DNA of 64,000 bases from NCBI GenBank assembly GCA_050575255.1, contig JBNZDD010013610.1:1720366-1784365 (forward strand), given 5' to 3'. The notes under the pieces are model-generated. The model was not told the origin of the DNA, did no database searches, and saw only the letters and a list, made by a program, of their open reading frames with translations. Positions 10,906-24,663 of this stretch are shown here, one piece after another; position 1 is the stretch's first letter; every line of letters begins with the position of its first letter. This DNA is from Harriotta raleighana (taxonomy: Eukaryota). A program made the position numbers and the translations under genes.

Positions 10906-12991
10906 AAACTTTTCTCACGTAAAATGATTTCAATGGCTTCTTTGTGTTTGTCGCATGGAGATGTTGGAACATGAGATCCATTTCAGCTGTAATAACTCTG
11001 TGTTAGAATGGAGCACCCTGCTTATGTTTGCTGCTTCCCACACCCACCTATAAGACTACAGCTGACAAATCATTTAAATCCCAAAGTTCAAGTGTTAAAT
11101 GTCTACAGAGGACTAACAACAAGCAATAGGACGATATTCTAATACACTTTGGAGCAGAGTTGACATGGTTTATAAAATATATGTGAAGAAGTAGAGAGAG
11201 TGGATCGTGACATTGCTTTACGGAATGGAAATGCTGCAATGGTCCTGGACAATCTCACAGTTACCAGAAAACAGCAGGATTTCTTTTTTTACACACTAAT
11301 TAACAAAGGAAAGTGAGGGCTGTTGACTTGGCCTATAAGCACTGGAGCTTAAAATTCTTCTGATATTTCAGATTTCTTTCTCCTCGTTGTGTAACTTAGC
11401 TGCTCTCGTGACACTTGCTATAAAATCTGACGTATGTGATCCCGTTACCCGTGTTTTTATAGCCTGTCAATTTAGATCCCGATTGATGAAAATGTGGGTT
11501 GGGGGCGGGATTGATTCTAAGTCTGATGGGAGACTGTTAAACAGGCGTGGGGTTTATTAAGATCAGCATTTATAAAAGAAACTCGGGGTCGAGTTAAGAT
11601 CTTCTTAAAAGGGGCATATTTCAACTTTCAGGCTGTTTCTTCCATGTTGTACGTGCCAGGGTTTTTTCTTTAACTGCATCAAGCTTGATCTGTTAGAAAT
11701 GGGGATGCATAGTATGTGAGAGAGCAGGCTTTGGTGAAGCAGCTTCTGAGAAGCTGAGTGCCCCTCCCTCTCCTTTTCCCGCTCTCATTAACAGTAATTT
11801 GCTGCTTAAAGGGGAATTATCCATCATTTACGAGGTATAGAGAAATCCTAATTCTCAGTGAGTTTAAACCCTTCAAATGCAAGGCGTTTTGGTGCTTAAG
11901 ATTGAATGTATTTGTATCACAGCGCAAAGGAATTACAGCAGATTGTCTCACTTCAGCAAATACATATTCCTGGTCGAAGAATGTATCTCGTATCCTAATT
12001 GAGGAGAAACAGTGTGACTTTCAGTTTGCCTGTGGTATCAGTAACATATCATATCAATATTGTGATGCCATTGAACAGCAAAAGCCCAACTGGAGTCGCT
12101 CAGTGCATTGCCAGAGTATTGGAGGTGACGCAGGCACATTAAAGGTTTGCAGTCAGTAGATTTCACACAAATCTAATGATATTGAGCATAGTTTCCAATC
12201 TGCAAAAAAAATTCACACGTCATTTTATGAAAGGGACAAAAATCACTCAACATCTGACTTCAGAGCAGTGTTCAGGTAGGTACGCAGCAAGTCTGGACTC
12301 AGCTCCCTGTAACCTAAGACGGGATAAAGATCCAGTTAATGGTACTCGACGCAGGCAGCTGAATTGCTGTAGACAGTTGTATTGATTTTCACTGGACTTA
12401 AAGCTTCACCTTTTTCTCTAATCATTCCATAATGGCTTTAGTATGAACAATCAGGTACAAATGGCCATAAATCTACCAGCCTTATTCCACTTACCTTCCA
12501 CTCAATGTCAGGCACAGACTTGTAGTTAACCTAACTTGGCAGTAGCTTTGGGACAATTTTTTTTAGAGAGCAGCCAGTAAAGCTGTTCTATTTTTTTTAA
12601 AAGAGATAGGATCACGGAAGAGCCTGCGTTTGGAAGCGGGTTCTCTGCAGGATCCGAGCATACCACTTTCCCAGACCAGACCCTCTCAGCAAAGGCCTGT
12701 CGTGTGACTTGAAATGTCACTCGTGTGTCAGCCGTGCTCCTCAGGAATGCATCTCTCACAGCAAGAGTGTAGCCATCCAGCTCTACCTGAGGCTGAGATG
12801 TCTTATTTTTCAAGGGTGGTGTAATTGATCATTGATAAACTTAATAATGTACAGAATTGTCCAAAACGCTAATCCCTACACAAGTAAAAAAACAAAAAGG
12901 CCCATAATATCTTCAATCCATTCACATTGCAATATATCTCTTCATCCATGATTTTACCAATGGGTTTACAAGAGATGGTGCCCTAAGTACC

Positions 12992-13060
12992 CAACGCCTT
13001 GGGACGTACTCCCGATGGGAAAGGTGCTCTATGAATGTAATTTTGACGTTGCTATTTGTT
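12992..13060 (+). mobile_element. L2 3' stem-loop tail-only insertion
   Basis: caacgccttgggacgtactcccgatgggaaaggtgctctatgaatgtaattttg. Confidence 0.78.
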
Positions 13061-14085
13061 GCCCTAATCTACGTCCAAAGTGCCCCTGCTCTATTTCTCT
13101 TTCATTTATATATTTCAAGTCAAATTGGTTGCAACATGACAATTAACTTTTTTTTTAAAAAGAGTAAATGTTGGCTTTTGATGTTGTGAGGATACGAGTT
13201 TGAAATCTATATGGTTATGTGTGTGTCTGGAGCCTGCAATTCGGCATTTAAGATAAATGGTAAATAGCCTGTTGCAACGATGAGATTTACTGTGATGGAC
13301 ACATGAGATTGCACCCAGACAAACATTTAGTCCAGTGTTTGGTTCCATGGGCCTTGACTGAATCCATGGGATGGTCTGTGCTTTATGAAAGCCTCACACC
13401 AGGTCGCTACATTCAGCCAATCACTCTAACCAATTGTAGCCCAAGGACGCACTCAAATCTTTCTTAGAAATGCAGAATATATCCATTACAAAATCTGACA
13501 CTTCAATGGTCTATGAGTCAATTGGTGCTGCAGTTTTACAAGGAATTGGGATAGGGAGCTGGACTGGACACCTGTTGTAGAAATGATCCCTCTGAATGTG
13601 CCCGCCTCCTGCGTGGCTGAGGGTGTAAATTATTCACTGATCAGTCACATTTGCGTGTCTCACCTTGGTTAATGGCTAATTTTAGTTACAAGTCACCAAC
13701 AAACCTTGGAATGTCACCTCATTCCAGAATTCTGCTACCTCCGTTGTGTCAGGTGAATCCCAGAGACCCCAGGCCGAGAGAGCCCTGTTTCAAAGTTTAC
13801 GTCTTCCTGTTTCCCCTTAATGCTTTGGTGCGGGCTCCCACCTCCTGCATCCTGTGTCCTGCAGAAAGCATGGGTGTGGGTCGGTGTTGGGGATGGACAT
13901 CCCTGTGACTCCAGCACTCAGAATTGTGTGGGCAGGAGAAGTATCTCCCAAGATCCTGTCACCCCCTTGAGTTCCCTGGCACCTGTGGAGCTTAAGCATT
14001 CTACCAGTAGAAGGTCTCTGGCTGAGACTCGATGAATCACAGCTGAGATTGGAATTTGTGAATTTATGCTTTAAAATCTATCAGT

Positions 14086-14235
14086 CACTCTGGTGGCTCA
14101 GTGGGTGAATGGACTAGCTCCCAGCCGATTGATCTTAATCTGCATAAATGCTCTGTGAGCTGATCTCAGCCACGTTTACGATAGGAGTATGGGGGTTGGG
14201 GAGTGCACAATTAGCCTCAACGGGTGTCTAAAGCA
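14086..14235 (+). mobile_element. Old tRNA-headed SINE-like fragment
   Basis: tggtggctcagtgggt A-box-like head followed by gagctgatctcagcc...cacaattagcctca; possibly the 5' part of the family at 4170/36650/47395/61775. Confidence 0.4.
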
Positions 14236-17192
14236 AGCTAATCATTAACACTAGGTGAACTTTCAGTTATGTGTTTGTAATGGGATTTTATGTGTTTAGA
14301 GTGAAATTTTAGCTTGTATGAATGATCAGCATGAGTTAGACTTCCAGGGTTTCACGGCTCAGGTGGGAGGTGGTATAGGAGTGGGTGGGGGATTGGAATG
14401 GGGAGGGAGATTGGAGGGGAGGGAGCATTAGTTCTTAAAAGGTGTTGGCTGATCTCTGGTGGAAAAGAACATGTCGATATCCGAGGACAGCATTGGGATC
14501 TGCTACTCAGCAGCTCCCAGTCAGCTATCTGGTGATGCTCATTGCCGAGGCTCACATAGAGAGATTGGCTCTTGCGGGAGAGTTCGAGGGCAGCTTGTGG
14601 AGCTTTACTGCAGCCCAGAGGAAAGGAAGGGAGAGGAAATCAAACATAGCCGCTTGCCGGATTCAGATTTTATTCAGCAGACATCCCATGGATGATGGTG
14701 TTGATTTTTAATCTATCTCATTTGTAAAATGACAGCGTATGGTATCCCTATGATGTTTCAAAATAAACCCCAAAAAGCGAAAGACAACTAATTACTTAGA
14801 CAAGCCATTATCTTTGTGTAGTTTCTAACTATGTAGAGATCACAGAGAGCCTTTTCACTGTTTGTTCCAGAGGATAAACCAGTGATGGTATTTTCTCTAT
14901 CAGTTGCAATCCCCCTTATTCCGAATGTACCAGAACCTATATGTTGTTCAGCATGTGGAGGGGAAGGAGGGGTTGGGGGTGGGGGCATGTGGAGTTGTGA
15001 GTAGTTGCTGGATACTTTCAAGTTTATCTAGGCTGGTGTGGTCTGCGGTAATTGAGATTGATTGGATGTTATTTTTCCTCTTGCAAATGTAATCCATTAG
15101 TTTGGCACATGCATAATCAGTTTAGAGCTGAGTTAACTGGATGTAATCTAGTTCTTCAATGTCTGTTGTAGCAAATCCGCTCCAGATGCCAGTTATAGAG
15201 AGAGTGCGAGCAGAGTTCCTATCGCAGACAAAATCTCTAATGTACTCCCTCTCCCTTTTCCTGCTGTCTGCAGTTATTGAAGTCGGCTTATTCTGTTTAT
15301 TCATAGATGTAACCAAATCAATTTAAACTGTTAAAACGCAGGGTTTCTCCATCTTAAAAAAATAGAATTTTTTCCCCCAAACCCCACATTTGTTAACCTT
15401 TTAACGTTGCCTTTTAGTTCTATGTATTTTTTTCCAGAAACGAGAACTGACTAGACATTATCAAGGAGTTTTGCCGTTAATTAATTTATACATTCTTTGG
15501 CACAGTGAAGCCAAAATGAGATAAATGCTATAATTCTATTACTTTGTTTAACTCTTCAGAGATTTCTTGCAAAGTGCAATTCACTTGGTCTGAAACCCAC
15601 GTTGCTGTTTCTGCACTCACATGGAAAAATCTAATCTGCTGCTCTAAAGCACTCCACGGTGTAGCTCTCCCAATTGCCACCCATCCACAATGGAAACACT
15701 GTTGAATCAAAAGCATAAAGTGACTGGCAATACGCTGGCCCAAACAAGCTTTTAATGAGAAAGACAGGTCAACGTTTTGGTTCCCAAAACGTGAATGGCT
15801 AATTTTAGTTTGGTTCCATTCCTCCCGTTCCCCTTTGCATTTCCAATGTTCCACTTCCAATTTTTTTTTGTCAAAAGAGTGATTCCTCCCAACAAAAATG
15901 GGAGTGCCTCAACACTGATAGTGGGTCACTGAGAGTTTGCATGTGACTCAGTTATTTGTGATTGGAACCATATAAATTGTACCAGCAAGCATCCTGGAAT
16001 CTGCTTGTAAGGGACGTGAGCGGAATTAGAGGCACGATTACAGATTTACTTACCGGCCCCACATAACCCATCTGTGAGATTGTGAGTTAATGAGTCCCAG
16101 GGTTAAAGGGTCCTCCGGCTTTCTTCCTATTGCAGAGACGACACCTTGGAAAATTTATATCATATAGTATTTAAGGCGCGATTCGAAGAGGTTGCGCAGA
16201 GCACGAGCGGGATGATGAACGGAGTATGTTTAGCGTGGGTTAAAGAAGGAAAAAATAATTCTTGGGGTCAGGAAGGATGGGCCCTACAAGAGGAATCCAT
16301 TCAGAATGGCTGCCTGTCAGAAGAGAAGATAGTTGTTTTGAGGTGGGACTATCATGTGTCCTTATCCGGAGGGGCTGAGGCACAGTGAAAGGGTGTCAAG
16401 CAGCCAATGCTCTGGTCTGCATCAGACAGGTACAGCTCATCACAAGGAATGTAATAATTGCTTTTGTTACATCAAAGCGCTGAATGTGACCTGACAAGCT
16501 CGCGTGAGGCCTCGGGTTTACACTGAGCCTATTGATTAAATGAATAACAGGCTCAGATCGGGGATTTTTCACAATCAGGAAATTTCAGCTGAATTAAGTA
16601 CAGTATATCAATACCAGTATTACAGCTGTTCCCATTCAAAATGCTTAACCCAACAAGCTGATGGCCAGAATTAAGCTTTGATGGGTTTGCCTATGGAAAC
16701 GAATAAATGTGGTTACCCCAAGTGTCTATCATACCTATTGCTCAGCGCCTGTTGGCTGCACTCTTGCGAGTAATACATTAACATTCTACCCTTTTAGACC
16801 ACAAAGGCAACACTGGGAATCTTGAGGTTCTTATCCAGTGGCAGCCATTATAATGGTTCCAGTAAATGTGAATGAGCAGCAGCACGGCTCCATCCGTACT
16901 GTGGTCTTCCAGTTCCTTAGGGGGGGATTCAGTGTAAATCTGAACCGCATTCCACTTTCCTACACGTTACAGATTAGGACAATTGCTGCTCAGTCTTTTG
17001 CATCCAGGACCTGCCATAATCATCTTGACTGTGCTCCAGGCTTTGTCGTGTGGGAGTGGAATGAATACACTTGTTAAAACCTTGACTTCTTTCCAATGGG
17101 CTTCAGCATTTCGCACTTGCCTTGCCCCTCAAACCCCCACCACGAGGTGAGTTTGGGGTACACAGGTTGAGAAATCCCCCCCCCCCCCCCCC

Positions 17193-17264
17193 NNNNNNNN
17201 NNNNNNNNNNNNNNNNNNNNNNNNNNNNNNNNNNNNNNNNNNNNNNNNNNNNNNNNNNNNNNNN
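17193..17264. other. Assembly gap (72 N) flanked by poly-C runs
   Basis: N run between two C homopolymers. Confidence 0.99.
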
Positions 17265-17654
17265 TTGAGAACCCCCCCCCCCCCCCCCCCATTGTATTTG
17301 AATGGAGCGAGTGTATTGTTTTCACCTCTCGTTCTAGAATTGCATCAATTAACTATTCATTTCAGTGTGGAAGATGCACTGAGATATTCCCACCTCTCTT
17401 CGTCTCCTGTAATCACTACACTTTCCAGCAAATCCCATGAAGTGTTTCGAGACATCCTCCTGATGTCAAAGGATCTATACAAAAGTAAGCAATATTATGA
17501 ATAATACAAATAATTGTTTTATTTAAATGACAAACTTGAAAACCACAAATCCTGCATGACAACCATAGAAATTATAGGAACAGGAAAAACCTGCCCCTTT
17601 TTTGATTGATCTCACATCATCTCTACACTATATCACTGCAATGTATGTTTTGTC

Positions 17655-18395
17655 TATTGGACTCACCTCTAGGTCAGAAGGTTGTGGATTCAAGCCCCTC
17701 AACATGACCTGAGCTCATAATCTAGGTTGACACTCCGGCACTGCACTGCTAGAGACGTTGTCTAGTGCAGGATTATTTATATGTTTAATCCTTTTTTTAA
17801 ACGCTGGGACCAGCCGGATGGACTAAAATAGTCTTTTCCAGTCCAGTGAATTTCCTGTCCTTCGGATGAGACATTAAGCTGTACTTTGTCAACTTGTTCT
17901 GCTGGTTTAGATGGGTTTTAAAGACCACGTGGCTTTATTTTTTGATGAAGTGCAGGGATTTCTCCTTGTACCTCCCTCAACCAAAATTTACCAACAGGCA
18001 GATTAATTTGTCGTTCGTATCATTCCTGTTTGTGGATCATTGCAGGCACAAATTATTTTTCACCCTTATACCAAATAAATCTTGCATTTCATATAGCGTT
18101 TTATCGTGCTGTTGGTCAATGTCTCAAAGTCCTTTACAGAATTTATTTTAAAATGTTTTGACTGTGTATTCATAGGCCAACATGACAGCCAATTTACCCA
18201 GAGCAATGTGTCGTGGTCCCCCACCCCAAACACCTATAAAGTGAATGAACTGTTTTATCTGGAGGATTTTTGGCAAGAAATCTGGAGAAAATTCCTTTCT
18301 CTCTCTCTACTTAACTTTCACAACACTTCAAAGTGACTCGTTCGGTAAAGCACCTTGGGACATTTCAAGATAAGGTGCACAAACAGATAAATGAT
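17655..18395 (+). mobile_element. SacSINE1-like Deu SINE interrupted by two nested insertions
   Basis: ggtcagaaggttgtggattcaagcccc...cataatctaggttgacactcc...ttcggatgagacattaa...cctcaacc...gtttgtgg...; resumes near 18310 with acacttcaaagtg...taaagcaccttgggacat. Confidence 0.7.
18075..18305 (-). mobile_element. Deu-SINE 3' part nested in the opposite orientation
   Basis: aaatcttgcatttcatatagcgtttt...tttacaga...acagccaattt. Confidence 0.65.
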
Positions 18396-20269
18396 CCTAT
18401 AATTCACAGCCTTGCTACAATGGCAGAGGAGGTTTTCTGCAGAGTTGACTGTGTGGCCAGTTAGTGCCTATGATGTCAGCAAACTTTGAGTTCATTTCTA
18501 AACTTAACCTTGCATTTCAAGTGTATTTCCACATTCCACATATGTCTCTTTGTGACTGACAGCTTTAACTCTGAGATGCAGAGATAGATGCGACCCTTGT
18601 CACAACATTTCAGAGTTGCTTTTGTTATCTCCCTCGGTTTAATTTTTTTTACCTAAGCGTCAAAAAAAATTGCACGGAATATCGTTGGCGACACCTGCAA
18701 AGTGGTTTGCATGCAGCACATGTTGATGGACTCAAAATTAGGTCTGTGCAGACTTAGAGAACAGGGATAACACGGCATTAATTAACAGCAGAGCACCCAA
18801 TAAACACACTGTGAGTTGCCGTTTGAATTGCGCTGTAACACTTGTCACTAGGGACACTCGATTAGCAGCTGGATTCCTGCACGTCGATTATCTTCAGTGG
18901 TGAAATTAAGAGATTGAAGAATAAATAAATCCCTCGTAGTTGACATAACAGATGAAAGACACACCAAGAGATTTACTTCGACAGGAGGGTGGTTGGTAAA
19001 AATCACTGAACTTCTCGAATGGAATGTTTTGGGCATAAATAGAATTGAATGAAATGCAAGCTTTTTTTCTCTAATTATTGTGTGTGTGAGAGGTTTGATC
19101 AGGTTAGTTAGGCAGTAGGGTTGAAACTTCACACAAAATCTCCGGTGGAGGAGCCATTCATTATTCTATTAAGCAAAATATATCCTCTCTGTCTGTGGAT
19201 GTACAACTTATCCCACTGCTGATCGGTTTGGATGGAGCGACTCAGATAGCTTTAAACTGTAAAATCCTCTGCTGAAGACATTTGTCCAGCACTAAGTTTG
19301 AAAGTGGGCATTGTCTATTGTATGGTGGTGAGGAGGTTTACCTGGATCCGTTTCGCCCACAGAATATACAATCGATTCACTTTACGGTGTATTCTGTTAC
19401 TTTGTATTGAGACTTCTCGAAAACGTGATAAGACTCCTCATCAAATACAAGGATTCTTCTTCTTTTTCTTCTTATTATTAGCCAGGCTGCTTACCCTTTG
19501 CAGAAGTTTATTACTGTTTTTTTTATTAGGCTTTGAGAATGTAGACTACTAGGGGGTTGATTCTCATGGTTTTCTGGGAAAAGATTATTAACTATAAGTC
19601 TCACAATCTGTGAATCTGCAGTGAAAGACAATAGCTTGTTTGTCCTTTCTTTTTTTTAAGTGAGTCGCACCGATAGAATTGATACCAAAATAATTCTGTC
19701 TGCTCTTTTGTTATTCTTTAACTTAGTTAGTTTCATTCGGGGCTGAATAACAATCAGACAAAATTGCTTAGCGTTGTACATGTTTGAATCAAGGATACCT
19801 TATGTTCTGTAAGTTCTGCAAAGCAGCCCCCAAATCCCCATCCATCCCTTTTGGCCCTGGGAAAAATGTGGTTTTAATTCGAAAAAGGACCCCTTTTTTT
19901 TGTACGTTAAATAAAAGCAAACGTGGCGAGTTGCTGTTCTGGAGCCAAATTGTAGGCGTTCTGTCAAAGGAGGAAGAACAGTTTAAACAGACAGCTGCTT
20001 TGGGCCAATGTGAAGGTGTTAATTACATTCGGCGGGGCGAGGGTTGGGGCCTGTGGGAAGGGGTATGTGTGTGTGTGTATGTGGGGAGTGGAGGGAGGGA
20101 GGGAGGGGGCTGGGATTGGGGAGAGAGTAAAATAGAGGAACTAGTCGTCTGTATTCATTGTCAAGATGTTAAGGGGAGGATGGAGCAGTAAGGCAGGGAT
20201 GGAGGGGTAGGGGGGTTGGGGAGTTACTTTAGTGTAGTTGATGCTGAGCTGCTGTGGCTGAGATCACCA

Positions 20270-20450
20270 TCTCACACTCACAATGCCAAGCCCGTCGATG
20301 ATGTCATGAGCTAATTATCGGAACTTTGTTGAGAACCTGTCTTAATTAGCGAGCGGATGCAGTTCCTCTCATCAATTAATGATTTTTCCGTCTCGTTTCT
20401 TATTGTCGGCAGCCTTTTCTTTAGTTAGTCTCTGGAATCTGAGATGTGAT
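20270..20450. promoter_or_regulatory. Candidate conserved non-coding enhancer
   Basis: Repeat-free, CpG-retaining block with gctaatta, ttaattag, atcaattaatga and tgatgtca motifs, between low-complexity flanks. Conservation not tested. Confidence 0.45.
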
Positions 20451-20454
20451 AGAG

Positions 20455-20476
20455 GAGAGAGAGAGAGAGAGAGAGG
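20455..20476. repeat. (GA)n microsatellite
   Basis: Seen directly in the sequence. Confidence 0.9.
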
Positions 20477-22961
20477 GAGCAGCTTAGTGGTCTTCGTGTA
20501 TCATTACATGTCAACTTAAATCCTAAGGTGAATGTCTAGACATTATCCTGTGGCATGTATATATGTTGCTTTAAAGGTAGCTTAAGGGTACGTTTAGAAG
20601 ATTAGTCATTTTAGCATCTTATCCCCAATATTCCCCCCCACATCTGCCCCATCTGTTTATCTGTGTATTGTTTTAGTGTTGGTGAGTGGGGTGGGTACAA
20701 TCTTTTGTTCATTCCTTGGCTTGGATTTTCACAGATTTCAAGAGGATAAACTGTACATCTCCATTGATGAGCTCAAGGCTAATGGATTAATGTGGGGTGG
20801 AGGGAGAGTGCCTGAATTCATGATCTGTACCGGCCACAACAGACATTTCCATACACTTGTTCATTCAAGTCCTGTTCACTGCTTTTGGAAACTTTTGGTT
20901 TGGGATCTGCCTCACTGCTGCGTGGATCATGAGTGTATTGGGGAATACATATGGAATTAAAGGGACCAGCAATAAAAGGCAAACCTGCAGTCTGGGAGAT
21001 TCACTCCAATATAGCCATACTTCAACATTACAGTGTTTGGGCTTCCCCCGAATTGCAAATTCCTCATCCTTGTAGAGTGATCACCAGGATTATGGAATGT
21101 GACTGATTTCACTCATATTGCAGTAGTGCCAGATGCTATGTACAACTCCAACTTACTGTTTTTTTTTAAAAAAGGAAAGGTTTATCTGGAAATGGCTTTG
21201 GGAGTGGAAATATTTTTATATTAAAAAGCCAGGGCAATTTATACCTGTGCTGCCTGCAAGGATTGAGTGTACACACCTGTAGCCCAGAGTGCTATCACAA
21301 TAAATTGGATGTTTTTTTCTCTGGCTTCTCTCTCTCTCCTAATTTATTCCTTCAAAGATAAATAATTGTTGAAAAACCAAACCCATTTTTTCTTGGTCAA
21401 AGTTGCTTTGAAATATTTAATTGAACTGAGGAAGAAGAGCCCCTGAAATGTTTTAAGAAGCTAAGTGTTTTAGAAAGGTGTGATCACAACAATAACTTTT
21501 AATGTACCTTAGGACAAAATAAAAGAATCCTTCCGGTTTATCAAAAAAAAAATTGCTTTGGGGCTAAAATGATCAAGCAGCAAACTGATCCCTTTGAATA
21601 CAATTCAGTACAATATGACAATGCACTGTTTAAAAACTTTTTCAGACGGACGTTCATTTACGATTTAATTTTATAATCTCCTAATTTGTTCACAGCTAGT
21701 TTAGTTGGATCTTAAGCCCGAAGGTAAAGGACCCGTCATTACCCTTTGAAGTTGAAAAACTCCAAAGAAGTCTAAGTGTTCGAGAGCCTGCTGGTTTTAT
21801 TTAATGCCAGTTCATTTTATGTCATTTGTAGGCCTTTTTTTATTTCACTTCTCGTGTGCTGTTTTCTGCGGTTAGCACATAAATGGGGCTTTAACTGTCG
21901 AAGACATTGCCTTGTTGAAGGTGATTATTCAGCCTTTGCTTGCAAAGCCTTTACACTCTCTCATTAATTGTGTCCTTGGATAAGATTTTCAGTGCACACG
22001 TTAGCATACGAGTGAAAATGGGTGGTGCGGGGGAGAGGGGTGGAGAATGATAATTATTTATTTTGTGGGGTTTGAAAGAACATTGTATGAAGCTGCCTCT
22101 CTGTCGATTTGTACAACCAGGGCGTCATTTTATTCTTGTTTCTAAAAATAGCTACCCTTTTAGTAAAAAAATTTATACAGGGATTTCACATTTGGAGGCA
22201 TCTAACTGCTGGATTACAAGTTTAGCCATTGGTGTGCAATAGACTGTATTGTGTCTTGTTATAGTTACGCCGAGCTTTGAATAGTGTGAGATCTATTTGA
22301 AAAATGTCCTTCAGTCAAGCTTCACTTGAGCTGCCCATTGTAATGTCCACTGGTCAAATAGCAGCCTGGGGTTTGCTACATCCACTTGTGAATAATATAT
22401 ATGAACTTGGCAAGTGCTGTTGAGGTGCCAGTGCCTTCCGTAAAGAAGAGAAGAGAGTCACGTCACTTGGCGCCCCTCCTCTTTGAAGACAATGAAGGTT
22501 TTGCTGCGTGCGTTGGAAGCAACGCTGTTGCTTGGCTTTTCTATGCTCCCATTGTTCCCCCACGGCAGCACATGCAGGGATGTGCTCTCGCCCTAGTGGC
22601 TTGCCACACAGACTTCATGTGCAACACAGCTGTATGGAATGTGAGCTGCCTGTTAATCTCTCAATGTGTTCCCCAATTTTTGTAACAACAGTGTAACTGT
22701 GAAAAGCCACAGATGTTGAGGACGCAGATCCCTGCATGTGTAGTTAGGGGGTAGGAGGCGAGGAGGGGGGCAGAGAGATTATTTCACTGAGTACAGCCCC
22801 TTTTTAAGCCTTCTGACTGAACAGCCATAGGTCAGAGTTTATTGCAGATTTTCAACGAGTGACTGGGAAGCAGGGTTTACTTAATAACGGGTGGGAAATG
22901 GGACAATCTTTTATTGGCAATCGGTTCAGAATCTCCGCGTGAAGTCCACCCTTTGCAATTC

Positions 22962-23545
22962 CAACAGCAACAACATCAAAATTACACTTGTATAGCGCCT
23001 TTCACATCCCAAAGCGCTGAACAGTCAGGTCGGGACCCGAGCAGAGGGGGAGGGTCGGGGTTAGGGGGAGGGGGAAGGAGAGTGGGAGAGGGGCAAGAGT
23101 CAGGGGGGAAGCCAAAAGCGCGATCGAAGAGGAAGGTCTTGAGATCGGCCTTGAAGGAGGAAAGGGAGGAAGCAAGGCGGATGGACTGCGCGATTGAGTT
23201 CCATTGTGTGGGGGCAGAGAGGCTGAAAGCCCAGCCACCGATGGTTAGGCGGTTAGGGCAGTGGACGTGGAGCAGGCCTGAGTCTACTGAACAGAGGGTT
23301 CAGGTAGGCTGATAGGGAGACAGCAGGTCAGAGAGATGGGCGGGGGCAAGGCCATGTGTGGCCTTGAAAGTGAGGATGAGGATCTTGAATTTGATCCTCT
23401 GGTGGATGGGGAGCCAGTGGAGATGGGCGAGGGTGGGAGTGATGTGGTCACGAAGCCTGGTGCGGGAGACTACACGAGCTGCAGAATTCTGAATGATCTA
23501 CAACCTGTGAAGGGATGAGTTGGGCAGGCCGACGAGGAGAGAGTA
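22962..23545 (-). mobile_element. L2 LINE 3' fragment (~580 bp)
   Basis: Tail caacagcaacaac..aattacacttgtatagcgcctttcac; antisense ORF2 end (tcgaagaggaaggtcttgagatcggccttgaaggagg, gagttcca, ttgaaagtgaggatgaggatcttgaa, tgggagccagtggag); homologous to 2050-2318. Confidence 0.88.
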
Positions 23546-24582
23546 TCAAACCATGACGAGGGAGAATTCCAAACCATATCCAGCAAGACTAGTCTTTCAA
23601 GCAATTCCAAACATCGATTAAATGTCCCTCCTCATTCCTTCTTTTCTCCCCCCATTCCACCACCACCCCAAAAATATATATATTTTTAAACGGTACTTGC
23701 ATTGTGTACTTTGTGTGGCTTCAGGAGAGAGAGAAAAAAGCTTTTGCGTATATTAATAACAATTTTTTTTGCCTAATTGTTGGCTGCTTTCTCTCCGCAT
23801 GCCTACAGTCTATAAATCAGATGCCATTGTGGCTCATGTTTTCTCCATTTTCGTTCCTAAGCAGCCGAAAAGTGTTTGAAGATTACATCCTTTTGTAATA
23901 AAGCTCTCCTGCGGTGGAAAGATTGTCATCTGGTTTTCATTGTTGCTCTGGAAAATATCCTTCACACCTTGTTTTCTCATCAAGAAATATTCTTTTTTTG
24001 GGGTGGGGGGTGGAATTTAAACGAATACAGTACCTTTTTTCTAGAACTGGAGTGATTTGATTTAAGAGAGGAGGTCATTAAACTTGCAGGTAAACAGACG
24101 GGGGCTTGTGAATTCCACTCTTTTATTCACAGACACAGATGGTTGAAAGAGGTCAGACAACTCACTTCAGTGGTTTCACACATTTCCATTTTATGGGAGT
24201 AGCAGGTTACTGTACAGTGCTGCAGTCAGATGTATAAATAGCATGTGTACATCCTGTGGATTAACGGGTACCTACCTTTTTGTTCTTCATCTTGACGATA
24301 CGTGCATTTAGAAAGAGTTCTCTATTTACAGTAGCTTTGAAAATCATTGATTCCTGACTTTGGAAATCGTCTTGAGCGCATCATCTGTACAGCACTTTGT
24401 GTCTGTTCTGTATCTGTTGGTCTAAGGCTAACTCACTTTGTTTGTGGTGGCAAGGGGTGGAACGTGACTTTGCAAGTGAACGCAATGGGAGTTTATGGGT
24501 AGATGCGTCCAGTTAATAAGCGTGGGATAGTGGAATTTGTAAGAAACACTTTTTCACTTCTTGGCCTTCAGTCAAAGAGTTA

Positions 24583-24662
24583 TAATAATAATAATCCTTG
24601 CATTTGATATAGTGCTTTTCATCTTCTAGATGTCTCAAAGTGATTCACAGAATACACTGTAA
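24583..24662 (-). mobile_element. SINE 3' tail fragment in tandem with the full copy that follows
   Basis: (taa)n tccttgcatttgatatagtgcttttcatcttctagatgtctcaaagtgattcacagaat. Confidence 0.8.
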
Positions 24663-24663
24663 A

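Noticed and set aside
13740-14050. GC-richer segment as a possible cryptic exon
   Set aside because: No ZFHX-like translation or convincing splice-site pair; origin unresolved, possibly an old repeat.
22914-23518. 132-aa and neighbouring ORFs
   Set aside because: Antisense or off-frame readings of a decayed L2 fragment.
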